From the IMG/VR virus record IMGVR_UViG_3300045410_000061, positions 1-44,571 of that record: 44,571 nucleotides of DNA. The stretch is one strand, 5' to 3'. The stretch comes from a virus. Lineage: Duplodnaviria; Caudoviricetes. Every line of letters begins with the position of its first letter. The first letter of the stretch is position 1. The notes beneath the pieces were generated by a model. That model saw only the letters and a program-made list of their open reading frames with translations, did no database searches and was not told where the DNA came from. The position numbers were made by a program, and so were the translations under genes. This document shows positions 35,765 to 43,996 of the stretch, piece after piece.

Positions 35765-36072
35765 TGCGTCCCTGGAAAGCGACTCCCGAGCAAGAGCAGA
35801 AGGAACACCATTGGGCGGACTACGCCGCGTGGACGGACTGGATTGTCACTCGTCAAGAACAACTCAACAGCGACGGCGACATTCTCGGGCAGCTCGATTA
35901 CCAGGATGAAAGTGTGCTGTATCTGCTGATGTGTGAATTGGCGGATCAAAAGAGCGAGGTAATTAACGAGGCCCGCGAGGCGGCGCGATGGCTGGCCGAG
36001 AATCCGTCGATGGAAGATTATGCAATCGCTATCGGACGTTGGCCCTGGCTTGTGGAGAAGGAGACACCCTAA
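35764..36072 (+). CDS. Hypothetical protein
   Basis: GGAGG RBS; TGATG overlap. Confidence 0.55.
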   Translation: MRPWKATPEQEQKEHHWADYAAWTDWIVTRQEQLNSDGDILGQLDYQDESVLYLLMCELADQKSEVINEAREAARWLAENPSMEDYAIAIGRWPWLVEKETP

Positions 36073-36689
36073 TGGGACAATCTGTAATCGCGTTGAGCGC
36101 AACAACTACCACCCGCCGCCGCCGTTGCTCCGAGTGCGGCGAACTGAAGCACAACGTGGACGGCAAGCAGCGGCTGTGCGAAGACTGCGAGCAAGACCGG
36201 ACATATTGTCAGATATGCAACTACTGGCACGGAGCATGGGGAGATGGCTGTCGGCACGTCCAATGGTGTGCCGCGAGTGGGTGCAACTGTGGCTGCGGCA
36301 CGGATGAGATTGAGCCCGACGAACACCGTGAGAGCTTTTACGTGCTGCTGTCCAAGTTTGCGGCCATGACCTACTACGACTTCCGCCGCGGGAAGTTGCC
36401 GCTGCTGCCGGAGTTGCGGCGGTTGATTGCCAAGAACAACTTTTGGACTTGCTGGCACGGTCCGTTAATCGGTGCGCCGCCTGACCTGGCGTTGCGGACG
36501 CAGCTTCGCAAAAGCTGCTACATCACGTGGCACGACATCCGGTACACCGAACAAGAGGCCTGGGGCGCAAAGGCGATTGACGCGATGCAACTTGGAATGG
36601 CTTGGCTGTGCAGCTTGGACAGCAGCAAGACTAAAGCGGCCAACGCGCTAACCGTGCAATGGATCGACGAATGGATGGCCAGCCGATGA
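36072..36689 (+). CDS. Cys-rich hypothetical protein
   Basis: AAGGAG RBS; several CxxC pairs. Confidence 0.6.
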   Translation: MGQSVIALSATTTTRRRRCSECGELKHNVDGKQRLCEDCEQDRTYCQICNYWHGAWGDGCRHVQWCAASGCNCGCGTDEIEPDEHRESFYVLLSKFAAMTYYDFRRGKLPLLPELRRLIAKNNFWTCWHGPLIGAPPDLALRTQLRKSCYITWHDIRYTEQEAWGAKAIDAMQLGMAWLCSLDSSKTKAANALTVQWIDEWMASR

Positions 36690-36943
36690 CGCCAGCCGAA
36701 AAACTCGCCGCCACACGGCCGCTGAAGCGACGGTCGAAGACGGGCCACGTTGGTCCACTGCGGTGCAATATCCGTGCGTTGCGGGAGTCGCTAGGGCTGT
36801 CTCTGGACGAAGTGGTTGCCGCGGTCGAGTTGTCCAAGACCGCGATATGGGAAGCCGAGCACGGCGGCAATGTGACGTTGGTGACGGCTCGCAAGCTGGC
36901 GGCGTTTTACGGGAAGGCGATTGAGGAGTTGTGGCCACTATGA
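36686..36943 (+). CDS. XRE-family HTH regulator
   Basis: 'IRALRESLGLSLDEV...LSKTAIWEAEHG....LVTARKLA'. Confidence 0.8.
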   Translation: MTPAEKLAATRPLKRRSKTGHVGPLRCNIRALRESLGLSLDEVVAAVELSKTAIWEAEHGGNVTLVTARKLAAFYGKAIEELWPL

Positions 36944-37158
36944 GCGAGCCGAACATCGAACCAGCCTCGCGCGAAGTGATCGCCGGCAAGCTGCTGGCCG
37001 CACTTGACGACGGCAGCGGACAAGTGGCAATCGTGCTGCGGGAGGTGGACTTGGATCGGTTGATCCTGGCTATGGAGTCTTATCGATACGGCGATGCCGA
37101 CGATTGGCGATTCATAGCGGACTTGAAGCGTCTGCGGAAGGAGGCGTTCGGCGAATGA
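36940..37158 (+). CDS. Hypothetical protein
   Basis: GAGGAG RBS; ATGA overlaps. Confidence 0.55.
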   Translation: MSEPNIEPASREVIAGKLLAALDDGSGQVAIVLREVDLDRLILAMESYRYGDADDWRFIADLKRLRKEAFGE

Positions 37159-37433
37159 TTCTTGAACGAATCGAAGTCGAAGCCGACGAATTCGGGCCGG
37201 CTATCGCAATCGAAGGCGACGACGATCCCGATAGCCCGGACTTGCGGATCTCATTTCAGCTTGGCTGGCTGTACGCACAAGCGGATCTGACGCCGCAGAA
37301 ACTGGCGCAACTGCGGGACGCCATCGAAGAGGCGCTGCGGAAAATCGAACGCTGCGAGCACGGCATCGAAGAAGGTGACTGGTGTGCGGAGTGCAACCGG
37401 GAGTACAAGGCGGCGATGGGAGAGAACGAATGA
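37155..37433 (+). CDS. Hypothetical protein with a C-terminal CEHG...CAEC Zn motif
   Basis: GGAGG RBS; ATGA overlaps. Confidence 0.55.
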   Translation: MILERIEVEADEFGPAIAIEGDDDPDSPDLRISFQLGWLYAQADLTPQKLAQLRDAIEEALRKIERCEHGIEEGDWCAECNREYKAAMGENE

Positions 37434-38002
37434 AAACCAAGTCCCTGCCCGTCTACACCCTGCGCGACGACCGCCACCGGCTGCTGATGGTAGCCGCGAA
37501 GAGCCAGCGCGAAGCGTGCGTGCTGCTGGGTTGCAGCGCGGCGGAGTACGTCCAGTTCGGCGGGATGGAGTATTCGAAAGAGCTTGTCGCGTTGGCCAAC
37601 GGCGCACCGGGGAAGGTCTGGTGGAAGCCGGTACGCGGCGGCGAGTGGCAATTGTTGGCGAAGCCGGCTAAGGTGGAAGAGTCAGAAACTTCTACAAAGC
37701 CGCGACGCATGCCCAAGAAACGCAAGGTACTGACCAAGGCTGAATCCCGTACAGAACAGGGGCGATTCGCCTTGCACCTACAGGGGCTGCTGAATGCGTG
37801 CGGTTGGGATTCTACGGATCTAGCCGATCGGCTGAAGCGTGCGAAGGTTGTTGCGGCAGAGCCGGCTATCCGGGCCTGGCTCCGCGGCGACGGGATGCCC
37901 AAGGCCAAAGACTTGCGTGCCATCGGCCGCATCTTCATGTCGGCCGACGTCCCCAGCGAAGTCAGGCTAAGCGATCCGCGGCATATCCTACCCCCAGAGT
38001 AG
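37430..38002 (+). CDS. Protein with a C-terminal XRE-like HTH
   Basis: 'GWDSTDLADRL...AIRAWLRGDGMP..KDLRAI'. Confidence 0.6.
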   Translation: MKTKSLPVYTLRDDRHRLLMVAAKSQREACVLLGCSAAEYVQFGGMEYSKELVALANGAPGKVWWKPVRGGEWQLLAKPAKVEESETSTKPRRMPKKRKVLTKAESRTEQGRFALHLQGLLNACGWDSTDLADRLKRAKVVAAEPAIRAWLRGDGMPKAKDLRAIGRIFMSADVPSEVRLSDPRHILPPE

Positions 38003-38039
38003 GGGCGGAAACTATTTGTAAAAATATCTGGTTTGCCTA

Positions 38040-38068
38040 TTGCCATCATAGCCAGACTTTCTTACAAT
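38040..38068 (+). promoter_or_regulatory. Sigma70-like promoter
   Basis: TTGCCA-N17-TACAAT, preceded by an AT-rich tract. Confidence 0.75.
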
Positions 38069-38112
38069 TAGGGTATCGCAAGGGGCAAGGCAACGAACCG
38101 GGAGAACGAACG

Positions 38113-38352
38113 ATGCTTGGAACGATCCTACCGACCGCCAAGATCCTGGCTGCCGGCGAGGCACACGCCGCCGCGATGGAACGCCGTTGCGATAGCATTG
38201 CCCGCCGCTCGCCGGAACTGGCCGGCTGCGAACGCCGCGTTGTCGGCGGGGAGGTGCGGTACTACGACACCACCGACCAGTACGCGATTGTGAGCCGGCA
38301 AGGCCATGTGATCTGGTTTGCCGTGCGGGCCGATGGCGACTACCGGATTTGA
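38113..38352 (+). CDS. Hypothetical protein
   Basis: GGGAG RBS directly after the promoter. Confidence 0.6.
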   Translation: MLGTILPTAKILAAGEAHAAAMERRCDSIARRSPELAGCERRVVGGEVRYYDTTDQYAIVSRQGHVIWFAVRADGDYRI

Positions 38353-38382
38353 CCCACCACCACCATACAGATGGAGACCAAG

Positions 38383-39237
38383 ATGAACCCAGGGCTTCGC
38401 AAGACAATTGACGATCACGGCGGTTGGCTGAGAGGAGAGCAAGGCGGAACCCGTGCCGTCCTCAGCGGTGCCGTCCTCAGCGGTGCCGACCTCAGCGATG
38501 CCGTCCTCAGCGGTGCCGACCTCAGCGGTGCCGACCTCCGCGATGCCGTCCTCAGCGATGCCGTCCTCAGCGGTGCCGTCCTCAGCGGTGCCGTCCTCAG
38601 CGGTGCCGACCTCCGCGATGCCGACCTCAGCGGTGCCGACCTCAGCGGTGCCGTCCTCCGCGATGCCGTCCTCAGCGGTGCCGTCCTCAGCGGTGCCGAC
38701 CTCAGCCGTGCCGTCCTCAGCCGTGCCGTCCTCCGCGGTGCCGTCCTCAGCGGTGCCGACCTCCGCGGTGCCGACCTCAGCGGTGCCGTCCTCAGCCGTG
38801 CCGTCCTCAGCCGTGCCGACCTCAGCGGTGCCGACCTCAGCGGTGCCGACCTCAGCGGTGCCGACCTCAGCGGTGCCGTCCTCCGCGATGCCGTCCTCAG
38901 CGGTGCCGCCGGCGTCGCCACCCGCAACGAGTGCATTGCCCGCTTGGACGTGATTCGCGAACACATCATCGACCACGGCGACAGCCTGGATATGGGCCAT
39001 TGGCACGGCGAAGACTGGACGCCGGAGACGCAGCCAGTTCACGCCTGCCAAACGACGCACTGCTTGGCTGGCTGGGCACAGGCCCTACACCCGGATGCAT
39101 TCGTTCGAGCCCTCGATCCAGTAGATGCCGGCGTGAAGCTGATTCCGCTGGCCGTTCCGTTGTTTTGGTCCAGCAACGACGTGGTGCTGAACTGGTTGCG
39201 CAACCGCACTTATGCGAAGGAGACCCCCCATGCTTGA
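38383..39237 (+). CDS. Pentapeptide repeat protein with a C-terminal CxTTHCxAGW domain
   Basis: 30 x A(D/V)L(S/R)(G/D/R); alternative start at 38371. Confidence 0.9.
   Translation: MNPGLRKTIDDHGGWLRGEQGGTRAVLSGAVLSGADLSDAVLSGADLSGADLRDAVLSDAVLSGAVLSGAVLSGADLRDADLSGADLSGAVLRDAVLSGAVLSGADLSRAVLSRAVLRGAVLSGADLRGADLSGAVLSRAVLSRADLSGADLSGADLSGADLSGAVLRDAVLSGAAGVATRNECIARLDVIREHIIDHGDSLDMGHWHGEDWTPETQPVHACQTTHCLAGWAQALHPDAFVRALDPVDAGVKLIPLAVPLFWSSNDVVLNWLRNRTYAKETPHA
38455..38904 (+). repeat. Coding tandem repeat, 30 x 15 nt
   Basis: Unit GCCGWCCTCMGCSRT. Confidence 0.95.
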
Positions 39238-39304
39238 ATTGATCGTAGGGACCGCGTTTATCGTCGCTCTGGTAGTCGCCCTGGGCTGGCTGGGGGACTA
39301 CTGA
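39230..39304 (+). CDS. 24-aa single-TM peptide
   Basis: AAGGAG RBS; MLELIVGTAFIVALVVALGWLGDY; TGATG overlap with the next gene. Confidence 0.55.
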   Translation: MLELIVGTAFIVALVVALGWLGDY

Positions 39305-39534
39305 TGCACGCCACCCAAGAAATTTCGGCCCGCATCGAGGCCCACATTGCCGCGGACCGCAACATGCGGGGCCGCGTAACGCTTCACGACGGGATCGAGC
39401 TGCGGTTCGTCGTCGCGAGCTGCGACCAATTCGGGGACAAGGTCGGTGGCCGATTCGCCGGCATCGACTGCCAAACGGGTAAGGCCCGCGTTTTCTGGGC
39501 CTGGGAAGTTCGGACGATTGGAGGTGACTCGTGA
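39304..39534 (+). CDS. Hypothetical protein
   Basis: Overlapping start and stop codons with both neighbours. Confidence 0.55.
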   Translation: MHATQEISARIEAHIAADRNMRGRVTLHDGIELRFVVASCDQFGDKVGGRFAGIDCQTGKARVFWAWEVRTIGGDS

Positions 39535-40028
39535 CGACCGCAGCCGAAAGCATCCACAAGTTTGAAGCCGCGGGCCTGGGCAAGGCCCCGTTTAGATTCG
39601 TCGGTGTCGAGAAGAAGGTATTCGTCGCTTGCCCCGGCGCTCCGGCCAAGCCGGGCGGAACCTGCGACTATTGCGGGCAAGGCATCACGTACGCCTTCCA
39701 CGTTGCATCGGCGGACGGCAAGCAGTTTGCCGTTGGCTGCGATTGCATCCGCAAGACCGGCGACGCCGGGTTGATTCGCGCGGTCAAGGAGGATGAGGCG
39801 AAGCAGCGGCGGGCGAAGTCCGAAGCGCGCCGCCAAGCCGGCAACGAACGGGCCGCTCGGCTGCTGGCCGCTTTCCGCGCCGGCGAGTGCGTATCGCTCC
39901 ACTCGCAGCCGCATCCCAAGGGTCGCGAAGGCACCGCGCACGATTACGTGGCCTGGTGCCTGGACAACAAGTGCTGGGGCGCTGGCGTGCTCAAGATCAT
40001 CGAAAAGACGATTGGAGGTGCCGCGTGA
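39531..40028 (+). CDS. Zn-finger hypothetical phage protein
   Basis: 'GTCDYCGQGI...FAVGCDCI'; GGAGG RBS. Confidence 0.65.
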   Translation: MTTAAESIHKFEAAGLGKAPFRFVGVEKKVFVACPGAPAKPGGTCDYCGQGITYAFHVASADGKQFAVGCDCIRKTGDAGLIRAVKEDEAKQRRAKSEARRQAGNERAARLLAAFRAGECVSLHSQPHPKGREGTAHDYVAWCLDNKCWGAGVLKIIEKTIGGAA

Positions 40029-40336
40029 ACATCGAAAAGCTATCGGCCGAGCGGGCCAGCGCCTGGGGAGTGCTGGACGGCTTCGGGCAGGTCCGCGCGG
40101 AAGTCACCCTGGATGGCATCGAGGCGAACGACCTGTGCAGCAGCATGGACTCCGAGCTGCGGCGGGCCGTCGAGCGGGAACTTGCCCCCTTCGGCTACGC
40201 CGACCTGCAGATGTTGCGGCACGCCCTGGCGATTGCGGCCATCGGCAATCGCGCCCCCGACGACGTCAGGGGCTGGTGCCGCCTCAGCGAGCGCATCGAC
40301 GGCATGCTTGCCGCGGAGGAAGCCGATGCCGCATGA
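40025..40336 (+). CDS. Hypothetical protein
   Basis: GGAGG RBS; GTGA overlap. Confidence 0.55.
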   Translation: MNIEKLSAERASAWGVLDGFGQVRAEVTLDGIEANDLCSSMDSELRRAVERELAPFGYADLQMLRHALAIAAIGNRAPDDVRGWCRLSERIDGMLAAEEADAA

Positions 40337-40580
40337 AATCACCATCACCACCCACTGGCGCGGCCACGACCTGACCGCGACTTTCCACCTGGCCGGCGAC
40401 GAATGCCGGCGGGTGGATCTGCACCAGATCGACTATCGCAAGCCTGCTGGGCTGCGCAAGCGGATCGTCCAACTGCGGCTGCGGGAGGAGTACGACGCGG
40501 GCGGCGATGTGTGGGGCGCGGTTGTTGATTCGGCTTTGGCCGCGGGGTGCCTGCGCCGAGTTGGTCGCGTTGGTGGGTGA
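40326..40580 (+). CDS. Hypothetical protein
   Basis: GGAGG RBS. Confidence 0.5.
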   Translation: MPHEITITTHWRGHDLTATFHLAGDECRRVDLHQIDYRKPAGLRKRIVQLRLREEYDAGGDVWGAVVDSALAAGCLRRVGRVGG

Positions 40581-40924
40581 GCAAGAGGCCGACCGGCAGA
40601 TCGAAAATGCGGTGGACAACGCGCCCCGAAGCAATGCTATGGGAGCCGCGAGCGGGTGGCGGAGTGGATCGAGGCGAAACAAGCGGCGAGGGCTGGACGA
40701 TGATCGAGATAACGGCCGCCGGCAAAACGAGGGTCTTTCAAGCAGACTTTGAGTTCGACGTGCTTAGATACGGCGGGACTGTCATACGCACGGCTGCCGA
40801 AGTTGTCGTCGGAGATCTGATTTTCAAGGGCGCACCAGGATGGGCTGGCAGACCGATCAACGAATGCTGGCAGGCGCGTCGTGCTACAGAGATCGTCCCG
40901 GTTACGAACGTGAGGCGACTATGA
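40577..40924 (+). CDS. Hypothetical protein (start uncertain, possibly 40700)
   Basis: GTGA and ATGA overlaps. Confidence 0.45.
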   Translation: MSKRPTGRSKMRWTTRPEAMLWEPRAGGGVDRGETSGEGWTMIEITAAGKTRVFQADFEFDVLRYGGTVIRTAAEVVVGDLIFKGAPGWAGRPINECWQARRATEIVPVTNVRRL

Positions 40925-41082
40925 AACACGGCCCCTACCAATGCCCAGGCGGACGCGGCTGCACTTGCTGCCATGCTGGTTGCGACTGCGGCTGCATCGA
41001 CGATTGCCCTCGGGCTAAGCAGTCGCGGCGGACGGGTGAGATTGAGACGCCGACAGCGAGAGTACCAGAGGAGGCGAAGTGA
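40921..41082 (+). CDS. Small Cys-rich (metallothionein-like) peptide
   Basis: MKHGPYQCPGGRGCTCCHAGCDCGCIDDC; GAGG RBS. Confidence 0.5.
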   Translation: MKHGPYQCPGGRGCTCCHAGCDCGCIDDCPRAKQSRRTGEIETPTARVPEEAK

Positions 41083-41888
41083 AGCTGCTGGACGACGAAC
41101 TGACGCCATTGACCTATCACGCCTATACCGGAGCCGTCAGCAACAGCGGCTTGCAATTGTTCGAGCATTCTCGCCTGGCGTACCATGAGCAATACGTCCT
41201 GGAGACAAGCGAGCGGGAACCGCCTTCGAGGGCGATGGAACTGGGGACTGTGCTGCATAGTCTGCTGCGATGCCCAGTAGACGTTGCCTGCCCGACTGAC
41301 TTGGAGTCGATGCGCGGCCTTGTGCGAAAATGGGAGTCGTTGCGCGAGGCGCTGGAATCGCTTACCGCCCCGCTGGACTCCGAAGAAATGCAGCGCGTGC
41401 TTGGCATGCGGCAAGCCTTGCTGAATCACGCCACCGCCCGCAGGCTGCTGTGGGAACTGCCGGGGGAGACTGAGCGGATCATCGTCTGGTATGACCCAAT
41501 CGGCGTGCGGCGGAAGGCGATGCTCGACCGGATCATTCCGACGCCCGGAATCATCGCGGACTTGAAGACGTTGACTGTGCGGCCGAAGGAAACGCTGCGG
41601 AAGGCCATGCTGCGAAACGCCTATGATTTCGGATATTTTAGGCAGCTCGCGTACTACGAAGATGCAGCGCAGCAAGTGGAGGCGAGAAGCTGGTCCTGCG
41701 TAATCGTGGCCGTCGAATCGAGCCAGCCGCATCGCGTCGGCGCGTACGACTGCACGGGATCGGAGTGGGGAGTCACGCGGCACGCCAAGGCGCGGGCCGC
41801 TAACAATCAATCGCTCTTGGAGCTGGCGGAATGTATCCGCAGCGGCGATTGGCGGGAGCCGGAAGAAAGAGAGATCGTCCTGCTATGA
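41079..41888 (+). CDS. RecE / exonuclease VIII-like PD-(D/E)XK nuclease
   Basis: 'VSNSGL', 'AMELGTVLH', 'KAMLDRI...IADLKT' and 'YFRQLAYY'; upstream of a Bet homologue. Confidence 0.85.
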   Translation: MKLLDDELTPLTYHAYTGAVSNSGLQLFEHSRLAYHEQYVLETSEREPPSRAMELGTVLHSLLRCPVDVACPTDLESMRGLVRKWESLREALESLTAPLDSEEMQRVLGMRQALLNHATARRLLWELPGETERIIVWYDPIGVRRKAMLDRIIPTPGIIADLKTLTVRPKETLRKAMLRNAYDFGYFRQLAYYEDAAQQVEARSWSCVIVAVESSQPHRVGAYDCTGSEWGVTRHAKARAANNQSLLELAECIRSGDWREPEEREIVLL

Positions 41889-42583
41889 GTACGGCAATTG
41901 CACCAGTCAACGGCGGATCGCACAAGGCAAGTCTCCTAGAGACGATGGCAGCCAAGTACAGCTTGGAGCCCGCTAAGTTTTTCTCGACAGTGAAAGCAAC
42001 GATCTTCGACGCCAAAGCCACACAAGAGGAACTGATCGCGTTTCTCACAGTAGCCAACCGTTACAATCTCGACCCGTTCTGCGGAGAGGTGTTTGCCTTC
42101 CGCAAGCAAGGCGGCGGCGTCCAAGCCGTGGTCGGCGTGGACGGTTGGAGCGCGATCATCAACAACCATCCGCAGATGGACGGTATGGAGTTTGAGGATC
42201 GGCTCAACGATGACGGAGACCTGGTAGCCGTGACGTGCCGCATCTACCGGAAGGATCGTTCGCACCCGGTGACCTGCACAGAGTACATGGTGGAGTGTAA
42301 GCGCAGGACTGGACCCTGGGGACAGTGGCCACGGCGGATGCTGCGGCACAAGGCTACCATCCAATGCGCCCGCCTGGCGTTCGGCTTGACCGGCATCATC
42401 GACCCGGATGAAGCGGAGCGGTTCGAGGCCGCTGGCGTCGGCAAGGCTGGCGTCAACGTGGCCGAATCGCCGCTCAACGCGCTGTTGGACAAGATGCCGG
42501 CCAGCAAGCCGGCCGAACCGGAAGAGCACTACGAGGCGGACGCAGAATTCGTTGACGACACCGAGCCCGTGGAGGCCCCATGA
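41885..42583 (+). CDS. bet: Phage recombination protein Bet (RecT family)
   Basis: 'YNLDPF..EVFAF...VVGVDGWSAIINNHPQMDGMEF' and 'WPRRMLRHKATIQCARLAFG', closely matching lambda Bet. Confidence 0.92.
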   Translation: MSTAIAPVNGGSHKASLLETMAAKYSLEPAKFFSTVKATIFDAKATQEELIAFLTVANRYNLDPFCGEVFAFRKQGGGVQAVVGVDGWSAIINNHPQMDGMEFEDRLNDDGDLVAVTCRIYRKDRSHPVTCTEYMVECKRRTGPWGQWPRRMLRHKATIQCARLAFGLTGIIDPDEAERFEAAGVGKAGVNVAESPLNALLDKMPASKPAEPEEHYEADAEFVDDTEPVEAP

Positions 42584-42813
42584 ACTATTCATCCCGTACC
42601 CAGCGGATCAACCTATTCGTGGCCGAGCAAGAGCGGCTGCGGCAGACCATGACCCTTGCCGCAGACGTGGCGCGGATCGCGCCGGAAGGCAGCCGAGCAC
42701 GCGAGATAGCCGACGCCGCGGCGAAAGCCCTGGGGGCGTTGGCGGAGCTTGGCCCCGAGATCGACCTGACGCCAGCGACGTTGCCGCTGGAGAAGAAAAG
42801 CAAGGGAGCGTGA
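42580..42813 (+). CDS. Hypothetical protein
   Basis: GGAGG RBS; ATGA overlap. Confidence 0.55.
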   Translation: MNYSSRTQRINLFVAEQERLRQTMTLAADVARIAPEGSRAREIADAAAKALGALAELGPEIDLTPATLPLEKKSKGA

Positions 42814-42829
42814 GTACAACGCCGGTGGC

Positions 42830-42910
42830 GGCCCGCAGAAGGTTCGGGTCGGGAGTCATATCCCCGACTCGCCGCTTTCAATAGTGGCGGCGGGCTTCGA
42901 ATTGAAAGGA
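42830..42910 (+). ncRNA. Candidate cis-regulatory RNA (three-stem junction plus pseudoknot to the RBS)
   Basis: Stalk GGCCCGC/GCGGGCT, two hairpins, and CTTTCAAT complementary to ATTGAAAG at the RBS. Confidence 0.4.
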
Positions 42911-42917
42911 ACTGACC

Positions 42918-43163
42918 ATGACAGTCGGCGAACTAATCGACCTGCTCCAGCAAGTGGACCGCAACCGCCTGGTCGTCATGTCCCGAGACGCGGAAGGCAA
43001 CGGCTATTCGCCGCTGGCTGGCGCGTGGTCGGGATCGTACTCACCAAATTGGAGCGGAGAAGCCGGACTGGAGACGCTGACGCCAGAGGACTTGGAGCAA
43101 GGCTACACCACTTTGGACATTGTCTCTGGCCAGCCGGCGTTGATCCTGTGCCCGGTGAATTGA
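42918..43163 (+). CDS. Conserved-looking small phage protein
   Basis: 'MTVGELIDLL...VVMSRDAEGNGYSPL'; AAGGA RBS. Confidence 0.65.
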   Translation: MTVGELIDLLQQVDRNRLVVMSRDAEGNGYSPLAGAWSGSYSPNWSGEAGLETLTPEDLEQGYTTLDIVSGQPALILCPVN

Positions 43164-43179
43164 GGAAGGAATTTTGAAC

Positions 43180-43647
43180 ATGCCCACCGCCCAAGCTAAG
43201 ATGGCGGCTTCCCCCCAAGGAGCCCGCAGAGTGGCAGCACGACCGAGAAAAGAACCGGATACCAAGACGTTCTCAGGACGATTGGCGAAGCAAGTCCGCG
43301 ACCTGCGAGACAGCCGTGGCTTGAGCGCCGAAGAGCTTGCGCAGAAGATCCGCACAGCGGGTTACGCGGTATCCATTTCGACTATCTATCATTGGGAGAA
43401 CGGCACGCGGCAGATCCCCGTTGACGCACTTCCGGCAATCGCCAAGGCACTACGGGTGAACCTAATCGACTTGTTCCCGCGGCTGCTGATAAAGGAGACG
43501 CAGCACGACGTGGTGCTGACGGAAGATCAACTGCGGGAGTTGCTCGCGTACCTGCGGAAGCTGTTTTGCCAATGCTGCCACGGGACTGGATTGGACGCGG
43601 AATCGTTGAACGGGCTGTGCGGGTACTGTTCTGAGGAACCGTTTTAG
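43180..43647 (+). CDS. XRE-family HTH regulator with a C-terminal Zn finger
   Basis: 'VRDLRDSRGLSAEELA...STIYHWENGTRQIP..ALPAIAKAL'. Confidence 0.8.
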   Translation: MPTAQAKMAASPQGARRVAARPRKEPDTKTFSGRLAKQVRDLRDSRGLSAEELAQKIRTAGYAVSISTIYHWENGTRQIPVDALPAIAKALRVNLIDLFPRLLIKETQHDVVLTEDQLRELLAYLRKLFCQCCHGTGLDAESLNGLCGYCSEEPF

Positions 43648-43744
43648 GTAGGGCAACAAACGCGGGCGCGGTGCCCGCACGGATTTGCACGGAAAGCGGC
43701 CCGGTGTGGGCCGCATCGGATAGCTAGCACGATGCACGCGCACG

Positions 43745-43981
43745 ATGCGTGCAAGGAGGGTAAACGTGGAATCAGGTTTGTGTTTTTTCTGCCAGGCCAA
43801 AGACGGCACTCACACATTCTCTTTGAGGGCAATAAAGGCTCTGCCGGCCATCGTCGAAAAGTTTCGGCATCACGGCTTTGTGATTTGCGATGACTGCATG
43901 AAGCTCCAGCAGTCGAGTCCTGGGTACCTTGCGCGTGCCATTGTTGAGCATGCCAAGGCCGAACGAATTTTATCCAACTAA
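43745..43981 (+). CDS. Small Cys-containing hypothetical protein
   Basis: CFFC...CDDC; the real start is probably downstream of AAGGAGG at about 43766. Confidence 0.45.
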   Translation: MRARRVNVESGLCFFCQAKDGTHTFSLRAIKALPAIVEKFRHHGFVICDDCMKLQQSSPGYLARAIVEHAKAERILSN

Positions 43982-43996
43982 GCACGGAGGCTGCAG

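Noticed and set aside
38455-38904. 15-nt tandem repeat as a CRISPR or guide array
   Set aside because: There are no spacers, and the repeat is fully explained by pentapeptide coding. The overlapping RCRPQ, AVPSS and TAEDG ORFs are frame shadows.
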